From sequence record ON540300.1: a stretch of DNA of 64,000 nucleotides. One strand, written 5' to 3'. Shown piece after piece: positions 53,004-62,348 of the stretch. The notes under the pieces were generated by a model. That model worked only from the letters and a program-made list of their open reading frames with translations. It was not told where the DNA came from and searched no databases. A program made the translations under genes and the position numbers. Each line of letters begins with the position of its first letter. The first letter of the stretch is position 1. This DNA comes from Escherichia phage ECOH1.

Positions 53004-53324
53004 ATGAGCAAAGTTTATAACACTCGTAAATTACAGATTTTCGTACTGTGCCAGTTTATGGCTAAAGAATATAACTTCTACTATTGTGGTACAGGTTTTA
53101 TTAGCGATGATGATGGCTCATACCTCCCATTTAAAGAAGCTGTGAAACTCTTTAATGAAGAGAAAAGCTCTAAGAAAGATATTGAAAAGGTTAAGCTAAC
53201 CTACAGCAAGAAAGATAAGAAGATTATCTGCCTAGATAACTTTGTGAAAGTTACTGGAGAAGCAAAAGAGTTTATGGATGAGAGTGAAATCTCATTCACA
53301 AGCATCTTGAAAGTAGCTCAGTAA
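53004..53324 (+). CDS. hypothetical protein
   Basis: 106-aa ORF. Confidence 0.4.
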   Translation: MSKVYNTRKLQIFVLCQFMAKEYNFYYCGTGFISDDDGSYLPFKEAVKLFNEEKSSKKDIEKVKLTYSKKDKKIICLDNFVKVTGEAKEFMDESEISFTSILKVAQ

Positions 53325-53337
53325 ACAGATACTATAA

Positions 53338-53361
53338 GGGGACTGTAAAGGTTCCCTTTTT
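53338..53361 (+). terminator. intrinsic terminator
   Basis: ggggac-tgtaaag-gttccc followed by T5. Confidence 0.55.
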
Positions 53362-53375
53362 ATTTTGGAGATAAT

Positions 53376-53891
53376 ATGTATCTGTCAAATCTGAAACGTT
53401 CTGTTGCAATGTCAGTGTTAAGACTCAGTTTTGAGGAACGTCAAGAGTTCATTGACTCCCACCAATACGACCCTTCCAACTCCAATCACATGATTCTCTG
53501 GAATCGTGAGAGTACTCGTGAAAGAGCATTATTTCGATATTATCCACACTACACCATAGACAACCTGTATGAATGTTTTGTTGTGAAGAACACCATTAAA
53601 GTACTCAATAAACTTTGCAGATACACAGGCAGTCAATCCTTCACATTAGGCCACCACAAACCTGTTACAAAAGGTGGTGAACATCACTGTGCAAACTGGT
53701 TTATTCAGACTAAAGCTGATAACCAGAAGCAAGGAGATAGCCTCCTAAGTATCCCTAAGATGACCTATGAAGAGCAAGAGAGATATATCAAAAATAATAT
53801 GCCAGATGTGCTTGACAACAACTATACAGATTTGGCAATATCTCTCCTGTTGAAGTTCGAGATAGTTTATAGGGCAACTTACAATGGCTAA
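53376..53891 (+). CDS. HNH endonuclease-like protein
   Basis: HNH-like segment GHHKPVTKGGEHHCANWFIQTKADNQKQGD. Confidence 0.5.
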   Translation: MYLSNLKRSVAMSVLRLSFEERQEFIDSHQYDPSNSNHMILWNRESTRERALFRYYPHYTIDNLYECFVVKNTIKVLNKLCRYTGSQSFTLGHHKPVTKGGEHHCANWFIQTKADNQKQGDSLLSIPKMTYEEQERYIKNNMPDVLDNNYTDLAISLLLKFEIVYRATYNG

Positions 53892-54162
53892 AGAAAAGTG
53901 GGAGATTTTACCATTAGTCAGTGAAGGCGGTAATGGTTGTGAAATGTACATGATACGTGGTCATGTTCCAGAGCCAATTGCACTTGAGATGGTAAATAAT
54001 TATACAGATGGTTCCTGCAAAGACTTAGGAGAACCAACTGTCAAGCAGCAATGGGTAAAGCCTGTGCCAGATAGTACAGGAAACTGTAGTGTACTTTATC
54101 ACGTTGTAGACCCTGTAAAATGCAAGTCTGCAATGGCAGTAACTAACGTAACTTTTGATTGA
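53884..54162 (+). CDS. hypothetical protein
   Basis: 92-aa ORF. Confidence 0.4.
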   Translation: MAKEKWEILPLVSEGGNGCEMYMIRGHVPEPIALEMVNNYTDGSCKDLGEPTVKQQWVKPVPDSTGNCSVLYHVVDPVKCKSAMAVTNVTFD

Positions 54163-55055
54163 GAGAGAAAATTATGAAAACATCTATACGTGTTACAGTT
54201 CATTCACCAACTAAAGGAACTCATGAAGAAGAGTTTAACATCATCCAATTTCCTTCTGGTGAGATTGGTGGACACTTTTCACCAGAGTTTGTTGATTTTA
54301 CTGCTTATGCAGCATCATCTATCAACAATGTGATTATGATTGTAAAAGGTTATGATAAGGACACATTGTTTGCTGTGGCACTTGCTAAAGAAGCAATTGA
54401 TGATTTAGTACCTCATAAGTTTGCTATGAAGACTGCTATCTTTTACTATTTGCCAAATGCACGTTACGACCGTCACATGTTTAAAGGTGATGCAGCAGCT
54501 TTGAAAGTGTTTGCACAACAGGTTAATGCAATGGGTTTTGATGCAGTCTGTGCAGTTGACCCTCACAGCTATGTACCAGATAACCTGTTTAACTGCTTCC
54601 AGAGTATTCCTCAAAAGGAAATTGCAGTCCACTATGCAAATGACCCACGCATTGATTTCTTGGTAGCCCCAGATGCAGGTGCAGCTAAGAAGACTGAAGA
54701 GACTGCTAAAGAGGTGGATAAACCATACATCACAATGTCTAAAGTACGTAACCTTAAGACTGGTGAAATTACTGGTATGCGAATCCTTGATGATGTTGAT
54801 TTGACCGATAAAACTGTCATGATTCTCGATGATATCTGTGATGGTGGTCGAACCTTCATAGAAGCAGCTAAACATCTTCGTGAAGCAGGTGCAAAACGTG
54901 TGGAACTCTATGTAACTCATGGCATTTTCTCTAAAGGTGTTGAAAACTTACTTGACAATGGTATTGACCATATCTACACTACAAACTCTTTAGGGGAAGC
55001 TAAAGACCGTGGCTTAACACATTATGCCCAAGTTACTGTAATTACCATTGATTGA
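54159..55055 (+). CDS. ribose-phosphate pyrophosphokinase (Prs) family protein; candidate ADPR-pyrophosphate synthetase of a NAD+ reconstitution pair
   Basis: Prs-like motifs DPHSYVP and PRPP-binding loop VMILDDICDGGRTF, GAKRV...THGIFS; similarity to E. coli Prs judged from recalled sequence. Confidence 0.75.
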   Translation: MREKIMKTSIRVTVHSPTKGTHEEEFNIIQFPSGEIGGHFSPEFVDFTAYAASSINNVIMIVKGYDKDTLFAVALAKEAIDDLVPHKFAMKTAIFYYLPNARYDRHMFKGDAAALKVFAQQVNAMGFDAVCAVDPHSYVPDNLFNCFQSIPQKEIAVHYANDPRIDFLVAPDAGAAKKTEETAKEVDKPYITMSKVRNLKTGEITGMRILDDVDLTDKTVMILDDICDGGRTFIEAAKHLREAGAKRVELYVTHGIFSKGVENLLDNGIDHIYTTNSLGEAKDRGLTHYAQVTVITID

Positions 55056-55102
55056 AACTTTATAGGGGGTTTCAAAGCCCCATTTTGAGAGAGATTAAAA
55101 AG

Positions 55103-56884
55103 ATGACTAAATCACTTTATGCAGTACCAGCAGGTTTAAACGCGGATGCTTACAAATCTGGCCATATTTATCAGTATCCTAGTGCAACAGAGTACCTAAT
55201 GTTCAACCTGACACCACGTAGTGACAAATGGTTTAACAGCCCTTTAGCAATTGACGGTGTAGTGGCTTTTGGTATTCAACGTTTTGTTAAAGATTACCTG
55301 ATAGACCACTGGAACGCCACCTTCTTTGAACGTGACAAAAAAGAAGCAATTGACGAAATCTTAGAAGTCATGAACGGTGTTCTGGGTAAAGATGCTATTG
55401 GTCGAGAACATTGGGAAGCACTCCATGACTTAGGTTATCTACCAGTTGAAGTATACGCTGTAGAAGAAGGCACAGTTGTTCCTATGCGTGTACCAATGAT
55501 TGTCTTCCAGAACACTGTCTCAGGTTTCCATTGGGTAGCGGGGTATCTGGAAGATGCTTTCTCTGCTGAGATTTGGAAGGCTTGTACCATTGCAACTATT
55601 GCATTGCACTACAAACGTATCTGTAAGAAGTGGTCTGACCTTACTTGTGACAACGACTTGCATTTGCCTTATCAGTGCCATGACTTTGCTATGCGTGGTA
55701 TGTCCGGCTTTACCGATGACGCATTTAACGCTGTAGGCCACTTAACCAGCTTTAAAGGAACTGATAGCTTCCCTGCTGTGTATACAGCTAAACGCATCTA
55801 TGGACAGTCCTACCCAATCTCTGATATTGGTAGCTCTGTACCAGCCACTGAACACTCTGTAATGTGTGCAAACATTGCTTGGGAAGGTGGTAGTGAGTTG
55901 ATTGAAGAAGAAAGACGCTTTAAAGGTGAGTTACAAACCTTCCGTCGTTTCTTAACAGAAACTTACCCAACTGGTATTGCAAGTGTTGTTTCAGACACTT
56001 ATAACTTCTGGAGAACTGTATCAGTCATATTACCAGAACTCCGTAAAGAGATTATGGAACGTAATGGCAAACTAGTAATTCGTCCTGATTCTGGAGACCC
56101 TGTACATATTGTCACAGGATACAAAGCAATCCATTTAGAGTGTGCTAAAAAGGCTTATTACGAACACCTAAGTAAGCTGGAAGCCAGCGACACAATGCTG
56201 AATGCTGTTCTGAACATGAAGCTTGAAAACATCAATTATGGTATTGCTGGATGGCTACTGTCAGAAGGTTACGAAATGGTTGTTGACAGAGAAGACTTTG
56301 AAGTTGCTGATACAGTGCTGTTGAAAAATGCTTATATGGTTGGTTCTGCAAACGTTGTAACACGTCCTGTAGCGGAGATTGATGGAGCTATCAAGACACT
56401 GTATAACATCTTTGGAGGAACTATCAACTCTAAAGGTTTTAAAGTACTGGATGAGCATATCGGGCTTATTTATGGTGACTCTATCACGTTGGAACGTGCA
56501 AACGAAATACTGAAGCGTTTGTATGAAATGGGTTTTGCAAGCTCTAACGTAGTATTTGGTGTAGGTTCTTACACTTACCAGTACATGACTCGTGACACTT
56601 TTGCATTTGCTGTCAAAGCAACTCTTGCAAGTATTGGTGGTAAAGAGATTATGCTTGCAAAAGACCCTAAAACAGATAGTGGTGTTAAGAAGTCTGCTTT
56701 TGGTGGTGTAGCACCTATGTGGGATGGTGAAAATCTTAAAGCTGTAGATGGCTATGGATTCCAGAGCTTTGCAGATGCACTTGAACACCCAGCTTGTGCT
56801 TTACGTCTAGTCTTTAGCGACTCTGAGCAGTTCGGTTACACAACTCTTGGTGATATTCGAAATAATATTGACAAGCAGCTTTAA
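55103..56884 (+). CDS. nicotinamide phosphoribosyltransferase (NAMPT/NadV) family protein
   Basis: Recalled NAMPT signature blocks: LNADAYKSGHIYQYP, LPVEVYAVEEGTVVP, HDFAMRGMSG, FKGTDSFPAVY, SVPATEHSVM, VVSDTYNFW, IRPDSGDPV; start at ATG 55103 with RBS gagagag. Confidence 0.8.
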   Translation: MTKSLYAVPAGLNADAYKSGHIYQYPSATEYLMFNLTPRSDKWFNSPLAIDGVVAFGIQRFVKDYLIDHWNATFFERDKKEAIDEILEVMNGVLGKDAIGREHWEALHDLGYLPVEVYAVEEGTVVPMRVPMIVFQNTVSGFHWVAGYLEDAFSAEIWKACTIATIALHYKRICKKWSDLTCDNDLHLPYQCHDFAMRGMSGFTDDAFNAVGHLTSFKGTDSFPAVYTAKRIYGQSYPISDIGSSVPATEHSVMCANIAWEGGSELIEEERRFKGELQTFRRFLTETYPTGIASVVSDTYNFWRTVSVILPELRKEIMERNGKLVIRPDSGDPVHIVTGYKAIHLECAKKAYYEHLSKLEASDTMLNAVLNMKLENINYGIAGWLLSEGYEMVVDREDFEVADTVLLKNAYMVGSANVVTRPVAEIDGAIKTLYNIFGGTINSKGFKVLDEHIGLIYGDSITLERANEILKRLYEMGFASSNVVFGVGSYTYQYMTRDTFAFAVKATLASIGGKEIMLAKDPKTDSGVKKSAFGGVAPMWDGENLKAVDGYGFQSFADALEHPACALRLVFSDSEQFGYTTLGDIRNNIDKQL

Positions 56885-56899
56885 AAGTATATGATAAGA

Positions 56900-56920
56900 G
56901 GCTCCTACGGGAGCCTTTTT
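56900..56920 (+). terminator. intrinsic terminator
   Basis: ggctcc-tacg-ggagcc followed by T5. Confidence 0.6.
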
Positions 56921-56937
56921 AATTTCTGGAGAAGATT

Positions 56938-57273
56938 ATGAAAATCAAAGAGATGAACATCAACATTGTCTTAGAAGAGCGTTGGGAGAACATCAAGAAG
57001 CCTGAAAATGGTCATAAGTTCCTCAATAAAATCTTAGTAGCAGCTAAAGAAGAACTGACTGGCAAGATTGCAGCAGCAATCACAATAAAGGTCTGTGTAA
57101 AAGGTCTTCCAGACAATCACCAATTTGCACTTGACGAGTTTAAAGAGAGCTTCTACAATCCAAACAAACAGATGCTTGAAAGTAACTTTGCAGTGTCTAC
57201 AAGTATCGTCCATGACAGAAGCTTTATCCTTTACAAGAATATGAGAGGTGAGTCATGCAAGCATATTGGATAG
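56938..57273 (+). CDS. hypothetical protein
   Basis: 111-aa ORF. Confidence 0.4.
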   Translation: MKIKEMNINIVLEERWENIKKPENGHKFLNKILVAAKEELTGKIAAAITIKVCVKGLPDNHQFALDEFKESFYNPNKQMLESNFAVSTSIVHDRSFILYKNMRGESCKHIG

Positions 57274-57431
57274 AAATTTTGCTATCACTTGGTAGTGTAG
57301 CAGTGTTTGTTTATCTTCTTTGTAAGTACTTTGCAGAGTACAAGAAGTGTGATTACTGCAACGGAGAAGGGTATACAAGAGCAGGTTGTTGCCCTATGTG
57401 TGGCGGTTCTGGTAAAATGTTTAATAAGTAA
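57255..57431 (+). CDS. small membrane protein with DnaJ-type zinc-finger repeats (58 aa), not in the ORF track
   Basis: Translation MQAYWIEILLSLGSVAVFVYLLCKYFAEYKKCDYCNGEGYTRAGCCPMCGGSGKMFNK: TM helix plus two CxxCxGxG motifs. Confidence 0.4.
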   Translation: MQAYWIEILLSLGSVAVFVYLLCKYFAEYKKCDYCNGEGYTRAGCCPMCGGSGKMFNK

Positions 57432-57459
57432 TTTAACAGTAAACTAAGAGGAAAGTATT

Positions 57460-59826
57460 ATGCGCATGGTAAATGACCACGCAGAAGTGATTAAGAGTTC
57501 AACTTCTTTAGAGACGTCTCAAGCACAGATTACAATGACACCTGAGATGTTCAGCCTTTTGAGTTCTGGTGTATATACCTTTAAAGAAAGGGCAGTGATT
57601 CGTGAACTGTCATGTAACGCAGTAGATGCTCAGAAAGAAGCTGGAAAAGAGAACATCCCGTTCCATGTGCATTTACCTACTCGTTTTGAGCCTTACTTTG
57701 AAGTTCGTGATTTTGGAACTGGATTGACTCATGATAAAGTTATGAGTTTGTACCTAAACTACGGGGCTTCTACGAAGAATGACTCTAATGACTACATTGG
57801 TGCAATGGGTATCGGCTCAAAATCCCCATTTGCAATTGCTCAGTCATTCACAGTATCCAGCTATGTTGACGGTGTTGTTAACAAGTACTCTGTTTACCTT
57901 GAGAATGGTATCCCTCAAGTAACTAAGCTAACCACCAACCCAACGAATGAACCTAATGGTTTAGCTGTACGTGTAGCAGTTGCTGACCATCGTATTTCAA
58001 AGTTCTTTGAAGAGGCTGGTAATGTATACTCATACTTTGCTGTAAAACCAGAAAGTAATATTGAGTATGACGATGTATTAGCAGATATGAACGTCATTGC
58101 CCGTGAAGAAGGTGTCTATGATGCCATGATTCATAAGCAAAGCTGGCGTTCTAGTGGTAACAGGACAGAGTTTAATGTGGTGATGGGTAACATTGCCTAC
58201 CCTGTTAATATGGAAGCATTACTTGGTGATGATTTCTTCAAAGTATTGCCAGAATTTTTCCGTAGGAGCGTAGACCTTGTAAACATCTACATGCCTATTG
58301 GTTCAGTTGCTATTGCAGCTTCTCGTGAAGCATTGCAGATGAATGACACGACAAAAAATGTTATCATTGAGGCTACTAAAAAGATAACTGAAGCAATTAC
58401 AAAGGATGTTATCAAGAAAGTTAATAGCCAACCTACACTCATGGATGCTGCACAGGCTTATGCTGAGTTACGTTTGAACTCACGAGAGATGTTTAATGCT
58501 GTGTGTCCAAAGCTAGAGTGGGGAGGCGTTAAGCTTGATTCTCTGGAAGAAGAATTACTAAACATTCGTCGTGGAATTATCTACGCAGAAGACGGCTCAG
58601 TTGTCTATGAACGCGATGGTAAAGGTAATATTAAGGTTGATAGGAACGGAAACAACATCCCTAAAGTAGATTATCTTTATAATCCAGTTGCTTATGTTAA
58701 GTTTAACTCTTTAGAGAGTAAGATTCGTGCAACAGCACTTTCCTACACTCAAGAGGCGAGTATGTTCAATATCTTTGGTGCAATGCGCAAAAGCCAAATT
58801 GAACAGTTTTTGTTTGTTATCAATGACCGTCGCAATAAAAATGGTACTGAGAAGACTGTAGGACGCAATCAGATTCTGCGTGGTGCATGTCGAGACTATG
58901 CCAGTGAGTCAAGTCTGTTTCACAGATACAATGGTATTGTCTTTGTATTCTCGACTGAAAAAGAGTTAGACGACCTAATCAATCTGCACAAACTTGATAA
59001 AAGCTTGTTAAAGATTGTGAAGATGTCTGATAAGGAACACCATTATCAGCGTAAAGAAGCTGTAAGAGGTGTTGTAAAACTTTGGAAAGCTGTTCCAGCA
59101 GAAGGTGTAGCTTCCTATAAAGAGGTTTCAGAGGACTTTGATACAATTGAAGAACCTCAGTTTTATATTAAGGCAGTAGGCGACACAGTTGATGGCGAAT
59201 GTTTTTGCTCATCTCCAGAAGATGTAGCTAAGTCAGTTGCCAATGTCATTGGAAAGACAGTATATGTTTTCCGAAAAGCAAATTGGAAAAAGATACCAGA
59301 AGACTGGATTGAAGTAGATGAGAAGCTCTTGAACGACAGCTTAACTGATGTTCATTGGATTAATCATAACAGATATATGACACGTATCTATATGAATGGT
59401 GTCCTCGACCTTACAAGCAGTTGGATTATTGCCAGAAACTTTACGTTCAATAACAGAAAGATTTCTCGTGGTTATTGTTATTCACGAGATACAAACAAAA
59501 CTATCTTCTTAGAAGGTAATGAAGATGCTGTTGAGGCAATGTTTGGTAAAATCCAATACGTTGCTGCACCGTTTGCATACACTTACACTATTAGTAGGTT
59601 GCAAACTTTGAAAGATTGCCTTGACAATGATACAAAGCTGTACAAGAAAATTAAGAAAGCTGGTGACCGTATGGTCATCAAGGTGACAAACTATCTTTCA
59701 AAAAGAAAACAAGAAAACTTCTTGCTTTCTCATTTAGATTGGAATAAAGTGTCACCTATTGAAGTGAGTAAGTTCTTAGGCTTTGATGTGAAGTGTGTTC
59801 CAGAAGGAACTACAATTTACGATTAA
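57460..59826 (+). CDS. rIIA: rIIA-like protein with N-terminal GHKL/histidine-kinase-like ATPase fold
   Basis: N-terminal motifs ELSCNAVDA and VRDFGTGL...GAMGIGSKS; 788 aa; followed by a second large ORF. Confidence 0.5.
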   Translation: MRMVNDHAEVIKSSTSLETSQAQITMTPEMFSLLSSGVYTFKERAVIRELSCNAVDAQKEAGKENIPFHVHLPTRFEPYFEVRDFGTGLTHDKVMSLYLNYGASTKNDSNDYIGAMGIGSKSPFAIAQSFTVSSYVDGVVNKYSVYLENGIPQVTKLTTNPTNEPNGLAVRVAVADHRISKFFEEAGNVYSYFAVKPESNIEYDDVLADMNVIAREEGVYDAMIHKQSWRSSGNRTEFNVVMGNIAYPVNMEALLGDDFFKVLPEFFRRSVDLVNIYMPIGSVAIAASREALQMNDTTKNVIIEATKKITEAITKDVIKKVNSQPTLMDAAQAYAELRLNSREMFNAVCPKLEWGGVKLDSLEEELLNIRRGIIYAEDGSVVYERDGKGNIKVDRNGNNIPKVDYLYNPVAYVKFNSLESKIRATALSYTQEASMFNIFGAMRKSQIEQFLFVINDRRNKNGTEKTVGRNQILRGACRDYASESSLFHRYNGIVFVFSTEKELDDLINLHKLDKSLLKIVKMSDKEHHYQRKEAVRGVVKLWKAVPAEGVASYKEVSEDFDTIEEPQFYIKAVGDTVDGECFCSSPEDVAKSVANVIGKTVYVFRKANWKKIPEDWIEVDEKLLNDSLTDVHWINHNRYMTRIYMNGVLDLTSSWIIARNFTFNNRKISRGYCYSRDTNKTIFLEGNEDAVEAMFGKIQYVAAPFAYTYTISRLQTLKDCLDNDTKLYKKIKKAGDRMVIKVTNYLSKRKQENFLLSHLDWNKVSPIEVSKFLGFDVKCVPEGTTIYD

Positions 59827-59831
59827 AGTGT

Positions 59832-59861
59832 TTGACAAGGGGCTTCAAAGCCCCTTAGAAT
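59832..59861 (+). promoter_or_regulatory. promoter-like TTGACA-(GC palindrome)-TAGAAT element
   Basis: TTGACA 59832-59837, palindrome ggggcttcaaagcccc 59839-59854, TAGAAT 59856-59861. Confidence 0.45.
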
Positions 59862-59905
59862 AGCCTTACAAAATGATTTATTAACTAACAAGAGAGAGTA
59901 ATAAG

Positions 59906-61015
59906 ATGACTACTAAAACTAAAGCACAGATTGACGCAGAAATTTACAAACTGGTTAAAGAAGGCAAGCTGACTAAAACAGCTATTGCACAGAAGTTCAA
60001 TACTTCAACCCGTTCAGTTGGTCGTGCTGTAGAGCGTCATGAAGCAACCTTAAAGGGTAAGAAAAAGACAGCTTCGACACCAGCTACGAAGACTTTGAAG
60101 CAAGTTGCTAAGACCTTTAAGAAGAAAGCTGGCAAACCAGTTGAAAAGGTCGTTAAAGACACTGTACAGAAAGTTCCAGTAAATAAACTGCACGAAGCTA
60201 TGCAGAAAGATGACAAGATTGAGTACATGATTACTGGCGACTCTGTAATTATGACTTACGGTTCAGAATCTGAAATTGTTGAGTCTACTCATCCGAACTA
60301 TCAAGAGATTGTAGTCCATGTTGTGAAAGGTGAGTTCAAGAAAGCTTTCGAACTGATGAACATTCGTAAATCTATCGAAAACTTCACTCAGGGTGCTATC
60401 ACAATCAAAGGTGACAAGCTATTCTACGGTGCTGTTGAAATGCGTTCTACTCTGGTTGACCGTATCCTTCACATGATGAAGACTGGTGATAAAGGTTTTG
60501 AACGACTTGTAATGTTCTTCGAAAAACTGATGGAAAACCCATCTAAAGACTCTGTAGAACAACTTTGGGGATTCGTATCTCACCTTGATGTTGAAATTGA
60601 TGAAGAAGGCTACATCATTGGTTGGAAGAAAGTCTCTACTCGTGAAGGCAAGCTGGTTGACTCTCACACCTACAAAGTACCTAATGATTTAGGTAACATT
60701 GTAGAAATGCCACGTTGGATGGTTGATAACAACCGTAACGTAACTTGCTCTCAGGGTCTTCATGTTGGTGCTTGGGATTATGTTCGTTGCTTCTCAGGTG
60801 ATACAATCCTGAAGGTTCGTGTCCATCCACGAGATGTTGTATCTGTTCCGACTGATTACAACGATATGAAGATGCGTTCATCCCGTTATGAAGTTGCAGC
60901 AATCGTTGATAATCAACGTAAAGTGTTGAAAGCATGGGACGGTAAGACTGAAGCTTTGCATGTCATCGTCGGTACTGCTGGTGAACTCATCTCCCAACGT
61001 AAACGTGAAATCTAA
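59906..61015 (+). CDS. rIIB-like protein (putative)
   Basis: 369-aa ORF immediately downstream of rIIA-like gene; assignment by context only. Confidence 0.3.
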   Translation: MTTKTKAQIDAEIYKLVKEGKLTKTAIAQKFNTSTRSVGRAVERHEATLKGKKKTASTPATKTLKQVAKTFKKKAGKPVEKVVKDTVQKVPVNKLHEAMQKDDKIEYMITGDSVIMTYGSESEIVESTHPNYQEIVVHVVKGEFKKAFELMNIRKSIENFTQGAITIKGDKLFYGAVEMRSTLVDRILHMMKTGDKGFERLVMFFEKLMENPSKDSVEQLWGFVSHLDVEIDEEGYIIGWKKVSTREGKLVDSHTYKVPNDLGNIVEMPRWMVDNNRNVTCSQGLHVGAWDYVRCFSGDTILKVRVHPRDVVSVPTDYNDMKMRSSRYEVAAIVDNQRKVLKAWDGKTEALHVIVGTAGELISQRKREI

Positions 61016-61032
61016 TAAGTAATTTCTTAAAA

Positions 61033-61054
61033 GGCTGCTTCGGCGGCCTTTTTT
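61033..61054 (+). terminator. intrinsic terminator
   Basis: ggctgc-ttcg-gcggcc followed by T6. Confidence 0.6.
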
Positions 61055-61115
61055 ATTTGTATTTTGTGCAGAGTGCTGTATAATTGTTGTCACGATAAAC
61101 TAAACAGGAGAACCA

Positions 61116-61664
61116 ATGAAGAAATTGATTCTAGGATTGTGCTTAATGTTTACAGCACATTTATCTTATGCAGTTGACTGCCCAGAGCTATCAATTAGCC
61201 AAAAAGTTAACATGTTAAAAGCTTACCAGTATGGTGAGAACAACATGGGGAAAGGCTGGGGTATTACTCTAGCAGCTATAGCCTTACAAGAGTCAGAGTT
61301 AGGTCTGAAGGTAGAGAATAAAAAGACCCATGACTATGGTATTTTCCAGAATCACTTGAAGACTGTTGTAAAGCGTAACAAAATTAGTCCTAATGTGGCT
61401 AAAAAGAAACTCTTAAAAGATTTTGACTATGCAGCAAAAGAGACACATAAAGAGCTTGAGTTTTGGACTAAGGTACATGGTCACCCGAAGTCAAAGAAGA
61501 CTTTACAAAAAGTTTTAGCATCATATAATGCTGGGTATTCGTACAAAATCCCTAAAGCTAAGAAATACTCTCAAGATGTCTATAACAATATGAAAGTTAT
61601 TGCTCAATGTGAATTTGCAACAAACATTTCTAAGGTAAATCATGAAAAAATTAAGAAAGCCTGA
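61116..61664 (+). CDS. secreted lytic transglycosylase (SLT-domain)-like protein, endolysin candidate
   Basis: Signal peptide MKKLILGLCLMFTAHLSYA; catalytic-like segment AIALQESELG...YGIFQNH. Confidence 0.45.
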   Translation: MKKLILGLCLMFTAHLSYAVDCPELSISQKVNMLKAYQYGENNMGKGWGITLAAIALQESELGLKVENKKTHDYGIFQNHLKTVVKRNKISPNVAKKKLLKDFDYAAKETHKELEFWTKVHGHPKSKKTLQKVLASYNAGYSYKIPKAKKYSQDVYNNMKVIAQCEFATNISKVNHEKIKKA

Positions 61665-62337
61665 TGAAGTCCTGTGCCACGCTTATGACTTGCATCCTCA
61701 TGAGTTAGGTCTTGATTCCTGTGTATGGACTCCAGAACAGTGCAGGGATTTTGAAGACACTGCAAGAGAAGTTGTATGTTCACTTGAAGAGTTCCACACA
61801 TCAGAACCAATTGTGAACGTTGTGGATAAAGAAACTGGACAAGCTATAGGTGTAAGTCGTGATAGTTTAGTCATAGTCAATAAAGACCTTGTAGAAAAAG
61901 GTAACCTCATCTTAGCAGATATTGATGGTGTTCTTACAAATTTTAATCACGAAGATTGCTCAACGGAATTGACTGATGGGTCATTCTCACAGTACACTAA
62001 TCTTCTTGACTCTGTAAGAGCAAAACCAACATATGTTTTTAGTATTATTGATGCAATTGCTAATCATGCTACCATTGGACTCTTGACAGCTAGAGGTGAA
62101 TCTCAGAGAATACCTACTGAGATGTTTTTAAGGCATAACATAGAGCATGATTACATGCTTTTTATGCGTGGTTTTGGAACTAACTCTATAAGTGCAGAAA
62201 GTTTAAAAGCTAGGATGATTCAGTCTTGCATTCTTCCTTACTTTAATATAGTATGCTTTATAGAAGATACAGAGAAGAATGTTCAGAAGGTAAACAGAAT
62301 CCTTCCACACATTAAAACCATGTTAGCTAAACATTGA
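61642..62337 (+). CDS. HAD-superfamily hydrolase-like protein
   Basis: Motif ILADIDGVLTNF (DxDG); overlaps upstream gene by 23 nt. Confidence 0.4.
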   Translation: MKKLRKPDEVLCHAYDLHPHELGLDSCVWTPEQCRDFEDTAREVVCSLEEFHTSEPIVNVVDKETGQAIGVSRDSLVIVNKDLVEKGNLILADIDGVLTNFNHEDCSTELTDGSFSQYTNLLDSVRAKPTYVFSIIDAIANHATIGLLTARGESQRIPTEMFLRHNIEHDYMLFMRGFGTNSISAESLKARMIQSCILPYFNIVCFIEDTEKNVQKVNRILPHIKTMLAKH

Positions 62338-62348
62338 GAGAAAAACTT

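Noticed and set aside
54405-56788. Minus-strand ORFs 54405..54920, 54632..54859 and 56261..56788
   Set aside because: Antisense to the Prs-like and NAMPT-like genes, which both have strong family signatures.
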